From positions 62,001 through 126,000 of the forward strand of contig NIVC01002733.1 of assembly GCA_002269645.1 (NCBI GenBank): a stretch of DNA of 64,000 bases, in the 5' to 3' direction. Shown in pieces: positions 27,170-40,215 of the stretch. Every line of letters starts with the position of its first letter. Position 1 is the stretch's first letter. The DNA comes from Macrostomum lignano. Its lineage: Eukaryota. Below the pieces are notes generated by a model. That model searched no databases, was not told the origin of the DNA, and saw nothing but the letters and a program-made list of their open reading frames with translations. The position numbers and the translations under genes were made by a program.

Positions 27170-29680
27170 ACCTGCTTCAAAGAAGTATAAACAACTTATA
27201 TAGCTTCATCAAGGTGCTTAGCTCAAGATCTTATTAGATTTTTAGCGATTAGCCTAGTTATCTATGTATACCCATACCTATAGTCTATATAGGATATCCT
27301 AGTAGTAGCTAATAGCTTATGTATGCTATAGTCTAGATTCACTTCAACAGCTTGGAGAGCAGCATTACTATCAATAGCAAGGTGTTGACCTGACCTCAAC
27401 TTGTCCTGCAACTTATACTTTTTCTTAGCAAAGTACAAGAACTACTTATATACCAATGACTTAGGGGGGGGTGCTTATGGGCCCATTAGCTATGATAGCT
27501 TGCATTGGGCCTTGACTGTCTTGCATCTTATACAGAAGTGGCTAGGCAAAATTGCTTGCCATTCAGTTCTTAGCAGTTCAATTGAATGCATTTGCTAGCT
27601 TAATTAGACCATCTGGGAAACTGAGCAATACAAAGCTAAAAAGTGATTATTAGATTAGCCAACAGCATAGTAGATAGTTGCTACTTTTAAGCTTTTTCAT
27701 AGACAAAAAATTTAATGTTTGATCTGACAAAATTCTAGAAACTTTTGGATCATCCAACTGTTTTAGGCCAGAAATGCAAAGACCTCTTTTCTGCATTTTT
27801 TAGTGAAAACATTTTTCTTTTTTCTGAGAGCATTAACATGGAAAGCATGCATTATAAAAAGTTATGTTGTTAATAGATCTTAGTTTACTCTTATAATTGT
27901 ATATTTTATTTTTTGTTTTTTTTCTTAAACAAGAAGATAAATTAAATGTTTTTTAGCAAAAAAGACAATACCAAAATAAAAATGACAATTTTTATATAAT
28001 TCATAGAGGTCTCAATGGAAGCTAAATGACCTTTTGCATGGCCTATGGCATTTTGCAAAGTTGTATTTACTATAATATATAATTGCTAGCTTATCTAGCT
28101 ATCAGCAGAACCCTATAAATTGTGGTAGGCCTATGCTTAGACCTAGGTAAGCCTAAATAGCAAAACTGATAACTTTTGTCAAAATTTAATTTTTTTACTT
28201 TTTTATAAAATTTGACAATGAATTAAATGTTTTTTGGCTAAGCAAAAAGCAAATATAGCCTTTATTATTCACTTAGCATAATTATAGACTATTAGAGGTT
28301 GCAAATGTATAATATCTGGGCTAATTGCCTTTTGGAATAAGAACTACAACTAGAATTAGAATAGGCCTAGTTCCTATAAAATAAATAAATAGTTGAATGC
28401 ATTTGATATAACAATCTTTAGTGTCATTTGTATGCAATTTTAATTCTAATCTTTAGTGCTAAAGGTATCATAGATAAAAAATTATACTTGCCTCTTCATA
28501 GACCTTTATGCATTCTTATAAAATTCTTATTGATATAATCTTTGGAAGACTTTAAATAAAAAGCAAAAAGTTTAAATTCTTTTATATAATAGTTTTCACT
28601 TACTAATTTGACTTTAAACTTGATTTGTTTAATTGATCTGATTATAATAATATTTCTCCTTAAGCCAAATAACCTAGTAACTAATTCTTATCAAAATATG
28701 TTAGGAACTTTTTACTTAAAGGTTGTTGCAGCTAATTCAATTGCATGCTATACTCCAAGTTGTCTACTATATATTCTAGGGCATATAGACTATCCAATAT
28801 AGCAATTCTTTCTAATATGGTTTCTTTCAAAATGTGGAAAGCATATGAAATAGGCCTAGGGATACTTGTAGGCTGGCATTTATATGCCCTTGAAAATTAA
28901 TTGCTCTTTATTAGTCTTTGTCCATTATAATCTTTGTTGACAACCAACATTTGTTTATTACCAAGAGATACAGAGGCATATTTAAATTCAATCAATATGT
29001 TGAATCTATAATCAGGAACTCTAAAAATGCCTTATAGGCTACTTCTGTATCTATATATTGTTATAAAATTGCCTTGATTTCTACCTACTCTGTATTGCTA
29101 AAATATCCATTAGAGGTCTTAGATTGAATGTCACTCTCCTATCTCTTTTAAGGCCAGTGCACTTTAAAAAGCTGTTTGTTGCAATCAAGGATGGCCATCA
29201 ACTGCACTGCTGCTTAGTAAAGTTCTTGACAAAGACCTGTGTATTATAATTATAATCAAAAGCATAGTAGTAGCATATATAAAAATCTAAAATATCAAAT
29301 TAGGGTTGCATTGATTGCTTCTGGTTTGCACTGACTATGCTGCAGATGTAGAGAGTGGTGCATATGCAGGGGTAAGGACTGCAAATTGGCTAATAGTCTG
29401 ATATAAGGCCTCATGTAGTACATGTAAGGAGACAGATTTGTTTCTTGCAGTTTCTGTTAGTCAGTGTCACGTGACATGACACTGGCATAGCAACTGGGTT
29501 TGCTCCAGCTTGTCACCACAGTTTCCCTTAGTCTCTCCCACTTTGTACCCATGTCCAGCAGTGTTTAGCCTACTTTTTGGCAATTGCCTAGATGCTTCCA
29601 CTGGTGCCTCCTTTGGCACCTTTCTCTTTTGCACTTTGATAAGTGCATAATGTGGTATTACCTTAGAGAGGGAACTGTTT
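27170..29680 (-). mobile_element. Decayed Mutator-like (MULE, ZSWIM3-type) transposase pseudogene
   Basis: Minus frame ~29040-28830: AYKAFLEFLIIDSTY*LNLNMPLYLL...WLSTKIIMDKD**RA...NASLQVSLGLFHMLSTF* matches MULE motifs FPE..IDATY.LN..MPLY, TK.IM.DKD and CLFH. Further stop-riddled frames and splice signals on both sides; element ends not found. Confidence 0.72.
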
Positions 29681-31282
29681 TAATCAAGTTATGCAGAATA
29701 AACCAACTGTTATCCACATTTCAATGCTTATAGTCAGACTTACATCTGGCACCCTTTCTGATAAAATTCCTAAAGAGAGAATAGAAAAAAAGCCAATAGT
29801 ATCTTAGCATCCAGTAACTATTTACTAGCAAAATACCCTGGAAATACAGGTTAATATTTTTAACTATTTACAAGCGTACCTTATAGATTATAGGCTTAAG
29901 AGTAATGGGTTGAATAAAATGTGTATTTTACCACATTAATATCTGGATTCCTAAAAGTAGCTTTGCTTATTTAATGTCTTGCTCTTGATTAGTGGTCAAT
30001 ATATTGTAATAATTCTACTAGAATTCAATAAGCATATAAGTATATAACTTCCAAAGAAATAAATCAGTATACAAACAGATTATATCTTATCAAATATTTG
30101 CACCAAAAAAATGACAAATAAAATATCTGGCTTACAAAAACTATAGCATTGCCTAGATTTGCCTTTATCCAACCTAATGTTACAATTTAGTGAGAGTACA
30201 GCCTGGTTTTGTAAATTTGATCAATCAAAAATAATGAAAAAGAAGACAATGTTGATTAAAAAGTTTAACCTTTTCTTAATCAAGCATATATCATAAGATA
30301 TTAAAGCAGTGACAGCTGAGATAGCATCGGGTATTAAAGTGGCAGTAGGTTCTGGCATCCTTTCTGGCAGTATGGCAGGTTGAGGTTGATCTAATGCCAG
30401 ATGCCATAAAAGGCTAGTAACTATAAGTGCTCCAACCTTGAATGGATATCTGCCTTAGCCTTTTCCTTAGTGATAGCTATCTCTGCTGCATATATTGGAA
30501 TATTTGTGGCAGCAAATGAGTGGCATAATTGGCATAGCTCCAGATCTTTGTAGTGCCAATGTTTATACATGATGTATGCTTCAATGCAATCAAAATAGGT
30601 GTTGCTAGATAGTTTTAACCAGGTCAAAGGTTGTTTGTCAAGAAGCTGTATAATCTAACTAAAACCCAAAATAGAAATGATAATAATTCAATTAAAATTT
30701 TATTGAATGAAACATTGATGGTAATGAAGTGGTTGATATATAAAAATATAAATAGTCAGTCTGCTAGTGCATCATACGTACAAACTTGTTGCTAAGCTTG
30801 TTCTTTATTTTGTCCTGCTGCCAGCCATTGAGTTCACGGCACAGTGTAAATTGATCCATCCTTATTTGAAAGTTTGCACTTTGCACTTTCATTGAGTTCT
30901 TTGATTTCAACCTCTTGAAAGGTCAATATCTTGAAAGGTGTCCCTGGGTATTTCATCATGTGTACTTGTCTGCTATTGTGTTGGCTGTACCAATTTGGAT
31001 GTAATACCCAGCAGTGCTGATTTTATCAGCTTGTCCATGCAACTGTCATTACTACCTCCTTTGGTTGGTAACTTTGACGGGCTTCCAGGCATCTTTACAG
31101 CAACTGCGTGAAAATTAAAGCAATAATTGAATTTTCCCACTTTAGAAACAACTTGTGAAAATATAGAAATAGCTATAAAATTTTCAATTAAAATGGAATG
31201 TGAAATCAATTATTTAATTAGTTAACCTTACCGAAATTTACTGAGCTCTGTGTAATTTCTACAGTTGGTTAATTATTAAAAC

Positions 31283-33003
31283 ATGCAAAGATTAGCACTA
31301 TGCTTAGCTCGGCAGTTGACAGTTGGTGCTTCAATTTGTCAACGACAACCAATTCGTCAGCTGTCTCTAATGGACTTCTTTGGTAACAGTCAGGACTGGG
31401 GTGTCAGTGCTGTACTGGTTGGCCGGCCTTATCGAATTGAGGAGCTTCGATTGAAAAGTTCAACCGATTTGCACAAACTCTGGTGGCTGTTAATTAAAGA
31501 GCGTAACGCTTTGATGACGTTGGAGGAAGAGCACTACAGGTGTGGAGAAGCTTTTCCCAATCCTGAGCGGCTGGAAAAGGTGTGGTTTTGATGCTAACTT
31601 CATCTGTTTCTTTGTTGGCCTTTAATCTTTTGTCAGTGTGGGTGGTTTTTCAGTAAGGTGCCCTGGATTCTCCAATGTCCTGGATTCTTCATTGAGGGTG
31701 TCCTGGATTCTTCATTGAGGGTGTCCTGGATTCTTCATTGAGGGTGTCCTGGATTCTTCATTGAGGGTGTCCTGGATTCTTCATTGAGGGTGTCCTGGAT
31801 TCTTCATTGAGGCTGACCTGGATTCTTCATTGAGGGTGTCCTGGATTCTTCATTGAGGGTGTCCTGGATTCTTCATTGAGGCTGGCCTGGATTCTTCATT
31901 GAGGGTGTCCTGGATTCTTCAGTAGGGTGTCCTGGATTCTTCATTGAGGGTGTCCTGGATTCTTCTGTATGGTGTCCTGGATTCTTCATTGAGGGTGTCC
32001 TGGATTCTTCATTGAGGGTGTCCTGGATTCTTCATTGAGGGTGTCCTGGATTCTTCATTGAGGGTGTCCTGGATTCTTCATTGAGGGTGTCCTGGATTCT
32101 TCATTGAGGGTGTCCTGGATTCTTCATTGAGGGTGTCCTGGATTCTTCATTGAGGGTGTCCTGGATTCTTCATTGAGGGTGTCCTGGATTCTTCATTGAG
32201 GCTGGCCTGGATTCTTCATTGAGGGTGTCCTGGATTCTTCAGTAGGGTGTCCTGGATTCTTCATTGAGGGTGTCCTGGATTCTTCATTGAGGGTGTCCTG
32301 GATTCTTCTGTATGGTGTCCTGGATTCTTCATTGAGAGTGTCCTGGATTCTTCATTGAGGGTGTCCTGGATTCTTCATTGAGGGTGTCCTGGATTCTTCA
32401 CTGAGGGTGTCCTGGATTCTTCATTGAGGGTGTCCTGGATTCTTCATTGAGGGTGTCCTGGATTCTTCATTGAGGGTGTCCTGGATTCTTCATTGAGGGT
32501 GTCCTGGATTCTTCACTGAGGGTGTCCTGGATTCTTCATTGAGGGTGTCCTTGATCCTTCATTGAGGCGTCTGCTGTAACTCTAACTCCCTTAATAGGAA
32601 GTTACAATGCAAAAATTACTATATTTTCACCCTGTCACCCAAACTCACCCAGGTGGAAGAGTCAATGGAGAACATCCTACTAACAGTAGAGGAGCGAAAT
32701 CGCGCAGTTAACGAACTGGAACGCGGCCATTCGCCCGGCCCAGAAGTGGTGGAAGACGTCGATCAGCTGTTCAGGCCGACAGTGAAGGTCACCCGAGAGT
32801 ACGCAGTGCCCCGTCACGCCAATCCCGAGTTTCGTCATCGAGATAAGCCTGATCAATTCTTCTCAAGCAGAAATTTGGCCCTACTTCAGGCTGAACGAGA
32901 GACTAAAATTCGAAACCAGGTGCACGAGGAACGCGAGGCGAGATTAGCCGAGAATGAGGCCGCCTATCGGGATATGCTGTTCAAAGAGGAGAACTATAAT
33001 TAG
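31283..33003 (+). CDS. MRPL47: Mitochondrial ribosomal protein L47 (uL29m), 2 exons, ~215 aa
   Basis: Exons 31283-31579 and 32653-33003; GRPYRIEELRLKSSTDLHKLWWLLIKERNALMT...PNPERLEKVEESMENILLTVEER signature. Confidence 0.95.
31670..32570. repeat. 23-bp minisatellite in MRPL47 intron
   Basis: Unit ctggattcttcattgagggtgtc, ~39 copies. Confidence 0.97.
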
Positions 33004-33091
33004 ATTTTTTATTACTATTACAATCTGAGTGTCCTAATTAGCATTTTTATTAATCCATTTGTGTTGCATTGTTCTATGGTTTATTGGTCAT

Positions 33092-33950
33092 GAGTTCTAC
33101 TCCTCAGATCCTAAGTTCTACTCCCCAGATCCTGAGTTCTACTCCCCAGATCCTGAGTTCTACTCCTCAGATCCTGAGTTCTACTCCCCGGATCCTGAGT
33201 TCTACTCCTCAGATCCTGAGTTCTACTCCCCAGATCCTGAGTTCTACTCCCCAGATCCTGAGTTCTACTCCCCAGATCCTGAGTTCTACTCCTCAGATCC
33301 TGAGTTCTACTCCCCAGATCCTGAGTTCTACTCCCCAGATCCTGAGTTCTACTCCCCAGATCCTGAGTTCTACTCCTCAGATCCTGAGTTCTACTCCCCA
33401 GATCCTGAGTTCTAATCCCCAGATCCTGAGTTCTACTCCCCAGATCCTGAGTTCTACTCCCCAGATCCTGAGTTCTACTCCTCAGATCCTGAGTTCTACT
33501 CCCCAGATCCTGAGTTCTACTCCCCAGATCCTGAGTTCTACTCCTCAGATCCTGAGTTCTACTCCCCAGATCCTGAGTTCTACTCCCCAGATCCTGAGTT
33601 CTACTCCCCAGATCCTGAGTTCTACTCCCCAGATCCTGAGTTCTACTCCCCAGATCCTGAGTTCTACTCCTCAGATCCTGAGTTCTACTCCCCAGATCCT
33701 GAGTTCTACTCCCCAGATCCTGAGTTCTACTCCCCAGATCCTGAGTTCTACTCCCCAGATCCTGAGTTCTACTCCTCAGATCCTGAGTTCTACTCCCCAG
33801 ATCCTGAGTTCTACTCCCCAGATCCTGAGTTCTACTCCTCAGATCCTGAGTTCTACTCCCCAGATCCTGAGTTCTACTCCCCAGATCCTGAGTTCTACTC
33901 CTCAAATCCTGAGTTCTACTCCTCAGGTTCTAAGTTCTACTCCCCACATC
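33092..33950. repeat. 21-bp minisatellite just 3' of MRPL47
   Basis: Unit gagttctactccccagatcct, ~40 copies. Confidence 0.97.
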
Positions 33951-34264
33951 TAAAGCTCTTCAATTTCTAGAGTACATCAAAAAGTACCATAATTTCGATA
34001 GTAGCTAAAATCTTAGCGCTGCGATCTTTTGCTAGCTTGAAATGCGGTTTCTATTACAGGGCCATTTTGGTGCTGCTCTTTAAGTTAACATCAAGTAGCA
34101 TCGAACTTGTTGGCAATGCAATCTTGCTGGTAGTTTTGTTGCTAATAAAGAAATATTGTTAACACCCAAGTTGTAGACACTATCGTGTCAAATATGACTT
34201 TGATTTCCTTATATTTAGTTAAGTGTTCAACTAGCTGTTTATTGAGATGCTTTAAGTAGACATT

Positions 34265-34460
34265 CAGCCTCCCAGATCCTCAATTACTAGGCCAGCCACC
34301 CAGATCCTCAGTTGCTGGGCCAGCCTCCCAGATCCTCAGTTGCTGGGTCAGTCTCCCAGATCCTCAGTTGCTAGGCCAGCCTCTCAGATCCTCAGTTGCT
34401 AGGCCAGTCTCCTAGATCCTCAATTGCTAGGCCAGCCTCCCAGATCCTCAGTTGCTAGTC
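34265..34460. repeat. 28-bp minisatellite (same family as 40216-41040)
   Basis: gctgggccagcctcccagatcctcagtt variants. Confidence 0.9.
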
Positions 34461-34615
34461 ACAGTTTAATGTACTTTTCCATTTTCAGTTAGCTGGGTAT
34501 TTTGATTTGAATGAAAAAAATCCAATTTGAAGAAAATCCCTTTTTTTCTACTTACTAAGTAGGCGAATAAGGACATGAATTGATTAATTAAATATCCGCA
34601 TGCGCAGCAATTAGA

Positions 34616-34933
34616 ATGGCTCCAGCCTACGAGATCTGCGTCGGTCTAAAGAAGGGCCACCGCGTAACGGCCAACACGCCTCGCGAGAAGCCCGCAAACA
34701 GGCGCGGAAAATCCACAAAGAATAACAAATTCGTTCGCTCGGTTATTCGCGAAATTGTTGGCTACGCGCCCTACGAGCGTCGAATTGTTGAATTGTTGAA
34801 GATCTCCAAGGATAAGCGCGCGTTGAAGTTTGCTAAGCGCCGTCTCGGCTCGCATCTGCGCGCCAAGAGGAAGCGCGAAGAGATGGTCCGCGTGGTGCAG
34901 GCCCAGCACCGCAAGAAGGAGACCAAGGAGTGA
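34616..34933 (+). CDS. RPL36: 60S ribosomal protein L36 (eL36), intronless CDS, 105 aa
   Basis: [10 protein letters not shown]...[52 protein letters not shown]. Confidence 0.98.
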   Translation: MAPAYEICVGLKKGHRVTANTPREKPANRRGKSTKNNKFVRSVIREIVGYAPYERRIVELLKISKDKRALKFAKRRLGSHLRAKRKREEMVRVVQAQHRKKETKE

Positions 34934-35229
34934 CAATATATTGAGTAGTTAAGCTACAGCAGACTAGCTGATCGAGTGCGAAATTCTGTTGGAAGTAAAT
35001 AATAATTGAAGCTGTGTTAGTTGACAATTTTTTGCAATGAAAAAAATCAACTGACCTACATGCTTGTTGATTGGTTGGAGAATTGTTGATTGACGTTCTT
35101 TGCTTGGTTTTGTTCTTTTTTTACTTCTGCTTTCTGTAATATCTTAGTAGATTTTAGGCGTTAGGTAACTTCAAGCTCAGTAAGGGTTATTCAACGAGTA
35201 AAGGTTTTCCGGGCACAGATATTGTCAGA

Positions 35230-35520
35230 TGTTTTCCCCGTCGAGGTTTTCTTGTTGAGTTTCCCCATCGATTTTTTCCTCCCAAGGTCACCTGTCCAGT
35301 TTTCCACCCCAAGGTCACCCGTCGAGTCCTTCCCAAGGTCACCCAGAGTTTTCCACCTCGAGGTCACCCGTCGAGTCCTTCCCAAGGTCACCCATGGAGT
35401 TTTCCACCTCGAGGTCACCCGTCGAGTCCTTCCCAAGGTCACCCATGGAGTTTTCCACCTCGAGGTCACCCGTCGAGTCCTTCCCAAGGTCACACGTCGA
35501 GTTTTCCCCACCGAGATATT
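35230..35520. repeat. ~51-bp tandem repeat
   Basis: aggtcacccgtcgagtccttcccaaggtcacccatggagttttccacctcg, ~4 copies plus degenerate flanks. Confidence 0.88.
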
Positions 35521-35894
35521 AGCCTCGTCTGTGACAATTCCGCTAACAATCAGTATCAAGTGTCTGCAGAATTGAAGTTCTTCGGCCAGAATACTTGGTT
35601 TGAAATTCTCTACTTGATTGTCTTTTAACCATAGAGAAGTGCCCGATTGGGCTTTTTTATGGCCGAGTACAGTTCTGTGGCAGCAAATAAGGATTCTTCA
35701 CTTATCAAAACATTCAATTGAGTGACAATAGCAACGTCTAGTACGTTAGAGAATTAGCTCGTAATCTCACGCAGTACAGTACATACTGTACTTTAATTTT
35801 CACTGTTTCCTTTCTAGATGTATTTTTAGCTCTCTTAGACTTGATTGATTAAAGTAAACACTGAAAAGCTGAATCTGGAGTATAGAATTCTGAG

Positions 35895-36841
35895 GTTTAT
35901 TAGAGGTACGTTGTCACAACCGACGAGAGGCATTGCTGCCCATTCCGCCGACTCCCCTGAGCAGGCACACAAGCGCGCGGATACGTACGCAGTAATATGG
36001 GGTAGCTTTCATAAGACCGAAATTTCAAAACGCCGAAAACTCAAAATGCAGGGCCCTTCACAAGACGAAATTGCACAAGACCGAAATTTCACAAGACCGA
36101 AACTTCACAAGACCGAAATTTCACAAGACAGAAACTTCATAAGACCGAAACTTCACAAGACCGAAACTTCATAAGACCGAAACTTCATAAGACCGAAACT
36201 TCATAAGACCGAAACTTCATAAGACCGAAACTTCACAAGACCGAAACTTCATAAGACCGAAACTTCATAAGACCGAAACTTCATAAGACCGAAACTTCAC
36301 AAGACCGAAACTTCATAAGACCGAAACTTCACAAGACCGAAACTTCATAAGACCGAAATTTCACAACGCCGAAAACTCAAAATGCAGGGCCCTTCACAAG
36401 ACCGAAACCTCATAAGACCGAAAACTCAAAATGCAAAATGAACAATAAATTTCACTACTCACTGTTCACAAAAAGTTGAGTGCTTCGTTTGTGCTTGCTT
36501 CTGACGTAACAAATTTTATAATGACCAAGAAAATTTACATGCCAGCTTCATTATGAAGTTTCGGTCTTGTGAATGGCCCTGCTTTTTGATTTTTGGCGTT
36601 GTGAAATTTCGGTCTTGTGAAACCCCCCCCCCCGTCATACGTGCAGGCACACACTCACACAGGAGTGCATGTACATTTATTTCACTGTGCCTTGGGGTTT
36701 GTCCCCCGACCTCAAGGCCGTTAATTGCACGAGCAGAGCGAAGCCAAGATTCAGATTTAGCTCAAAATTAATGTGACTGCACTTGGAATCGAGCCTGGGC
36801 CGCTGGTACATAAGATTGTCGCGCTAGACCAGTAGGCTACC
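35895..36841 (-). mobile_element. tRNA-derived SINE split by a nested MITE
   Basis: SINE 3' half at 35895-35992 and 5' half at ~36638-36841 rejoin across the inserted element. Confidence 0.82.
35999..36633. mobile_element. MITE-like element with ~70-bp terminal inverted repeats and internal 16-bp tandem array
   Basis: Left ggggtagctttcataagaccgaaatttcaaaacgccg...cagggcccttcacaagac is the reverse complement of the right end; internal unit aagaccgaaacttcat. TSD unclear. Confidence 0.8.
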
Positions 36842-36898
36842 ATAAAACCAATATTTCAGGTGCCAGTCTATCATAATACTAATTAGAAATCAAACACA

Positions 36899-39696
36899 AT
36901 GGCAAATCCAGCTAACAGTGCATCCAGCAGGATGCCCATTGCCAGTCGGGATCATCAGTTTGCCATACCAATTCGAATTGTGTACGTCAACTCGTTGAAT
37001 AATTTTCATTTTATTTTGGAGGAAGACTACGCCAAATTGAACGAATTAATGTCGGCTATGTACCAATTCTACTCGTCACCCAGTAGTGCCAGTGTAGTTT
37101 GTACATCCAAACTCAAACTCGGCAGTCTGTACTCTCTATACGCCTATAATGAATGGTATCGAGCACGGCTGTTGTCCATTGACCAGCAGCAGCCAATGCC
37201 CGACCAACAGGTGGTGGGCAGTATGCAGTTTGAACTGATCGATTTCGGAGAACTTATCGCTGTGCCGTGTATGGAGCTGCATCGAGTGGCCAGGCTGCTT
37301 GTGAGATTTGCCGAGATGAAACCGGCCGCTCTTCTGGGCAGGTTGGCTAGCGTCTATCCTAAGCCTGGTGGGTTGGTTTGTTTCTGATTCATCTGCTTAT
37401 ATCTTTATGTAAATCAGGCAGTTGTTGGGTATGGCTGTCATTAAGCACTGGCACTCTATACCCTTCACTGGCACTCTGCACCCTTCACTGGCACTCTAAA
37501 CCCTCCATTGGCACTCTACACCCTCCATTGGCACTCTCAGCTCCATTGACACTCTAAACCCTCCATTGGCACTCTGCACCCTTCACTGGCACTCTACACC
37601 CTCCACTGGCACTCTACACCCTCCACTGGCACTCTACACCCTTCACTGGCACTCTACACCCTCCATTGGCACTCTACACTCTCCACTGGCACTCTACACC
37701 CTCCATTGGCACTCTACACCCTCCACTGGCACTCTACACCCTCCATTGGCACTCTACACCCTCCATTGGCACTCTACACCCTCCACTGGCACTCTACACC
37801 CTCCACTGGCACTCTACACTCCATTGGCAATCTACACTCCATTGGCACTCTACACTCCATTAGCACTCTACACCCTCCATTGGCACTCTACACCCTCCAC
37901 TGGCACTCTACACCCTTCACTGGCACTCTACACCCTCCATTGGCACTCTACACCCTCCACTGGCACTCTACACCCTCCACTGGCACTCTACACCCTCCAC
38001 TGGCACTCTACACCCTCCACTGGCACTCTACACTCCATTGGCAATCTACACTCCATTGGCACTCTACACTCCATTAGCACTCTACACCCTCCATTGGCAC
38101 TCTACACCCTCCACTGACACTCTACACCCTCCATTGGCACTCTACACCCTCCATTGGCACTCTACACCCTCCATTGGCACTCTACACTCTCCATTGACAC
38201 TCTACACCCTCCATTGGCACTCTACACTCTCCATTGACACTCTACACCCTCCATTGGCACTCTACACCCTCCATTGACGCTCTACACCCTCCATTGGCAC
38301 TCTACACTCTCCATTGCACTCTACACTCTACACTCTCCATTGCACTCTACACCCTCCATTGTCACTCTACACCCTCCATTGGCACTCTACACCCTCCATT
38401 GCACTCTACACTCTCCATTGACACTCTACACCCTCCATTGGCACTCTACACCCTCCATTGGCACTCTACACCCTCCATTGCACTCTACATCCTCCATTGG
38501 CACTCTACACTCTCCATTGACACTCTACACCCTCCATTGGCACTCTACACCCTCCATTGCACTCTACACCCTCCATTGGCACTCTACACTCTCCATTGGC
38601 ACTCTACACTCTCCATTGACACTCTACACCCTCCATTGGCACTCTACACCCTCCATTGACGCTCTACACCCTCCATTGGCACTCTACACCCTCCATTGCA
38701 CTCTACACCCTCCATTGGCACTCTACACTCTCCATTGGCACTCTACACTCTCCATTGACACTCTACACCCTCCATTGGCACTCTACACCCTCCATTGACG
38801 CTCTACACCCTCCATTGGCACTCTACACTCTCCATTGCACTCTACACACTACACTCTCCATTGACACTCTACACTCTCCATTGGCACTCTACACCCTCCA
38901 TTGACGCTCTACACCCTCCATTGACGCTCTACACCCTCCATTGACGCTCTACACCCTCCATTGACGCTCTACACCCTCCATTGACGCTCTACACCCTCCA
39001 TTGACGCTCTACACTCCATTGGCACTCTACACTCTCCATTGACACTCTAAACCCTCCACTAGAACTTTGTTATTCATTGGTACAATGAAATGGAAGACTT
39101 TTAAAAACATTTTTCTAGCACTATAGTTACGATTTAAACTTTTAATATGTATGTAAAGCTCTTATGCGTGTTTCATTTGATGTTTACTTATTTATTTACA
39201 AGTTTAGAATTAGAAATTTTATTAAAAGTTTCATTAGTGGTAAAAGCATCTTACATGCCCGCTGTACACCCTGTGGGAGCGCTTGAGTGTGCTCAGGGAG
39301 TCTGCGTAATAAGCAGAATTGCCGTCAGCTATGAGTGTCGCTTTTATTCCTCCACCAACAGAAGAGACATTCAACGCCGCTCAGGCCCTTCACAATCTGG
39401 TGAACAAACGCGTTATGTACGCCTTCTGTCGGCGAGCAGTCAATCCTGCAAGCCCGACTGAACAGGTGGCCAATGAGAACGGTGTTTCTTTGGCAGCTAA
39501 ACAATCGCAAACTATTATTTACCATTTGGATCTGTTCTTTGTACCAACTGGTTGGTTCCAAACCGAGTGCCACTACAACGGAGTTGATGGTAAACTATTG
39601 AAGGCCGGTCTAGTGCATAATCGTCAGGATCATTTGGAGGTCATGCACATTGGCGCGGTTCCGTGCGAGTACTGCGGCAATGGCAAGGAAAACTGA
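36899..39696 (+). CDS. Single extended Tudor-domain protein (~282 aa, 2 exons)
   Basis: Exons 36899-37367 and 39317-39696 (phase 1-1). VYVNSLNNFHF, AYNEWYRARLL, LIDFGE...LLVRFAEMKPAALLGRLASVYP are extended-Tudor motifs. Confidence 0.85.
37447..39060. repeat. 20-bp minisatellite in Tudor-gene intron
   Basis: Unit ggcactctacaccctccatt, ~80 copies with variants. Confidence 0.97.
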
Positions 39697-40215
39697 TCGT
39701 CAATAATAACTTTGATATCAATTCTAGAAATTTTAGCTTAGACAGCATCATTTTCTTGGCATATTCTTGCATTTTTACTGTCAGTAGTCTAGTTAGTAGT
39801 AGTTTCGTTTTGTTATTTTACTCAGAGAGTGCTTCTCTCTGGTATTTTGCACCGTTTAATCTCTTTCCAAAAGTTTTCATCAACGTATTCTTTCATTTCT
39901 ACTTGCAGTAGTTTTTTTAGGTTTTGTAGTTTATCGCACAATTCTGCCGGCCGCGCTTAAAGTTGTGTGCGTTCTTGTATTTGCATTTGTTTAAGAATCA
40001 AAGAGTTTGATTCTTTGTTTTTATTATATTTTCTCAATTGTTTGGTCTAGTGCTGACTAAATAATGAGTAAGTAATAAAACAGCATTTGTATTCATCTTT
40101 TGTGTGTTTTAAAACTTTGAGCTGCATCAACTTAAAGTAGTAACTGCTAGAGAAGTTTTTCAGCTTTGCTGTTCATTCGATTAAATTTGATTTCAAGATC
40201 CGAGGCTCTTTTTAA

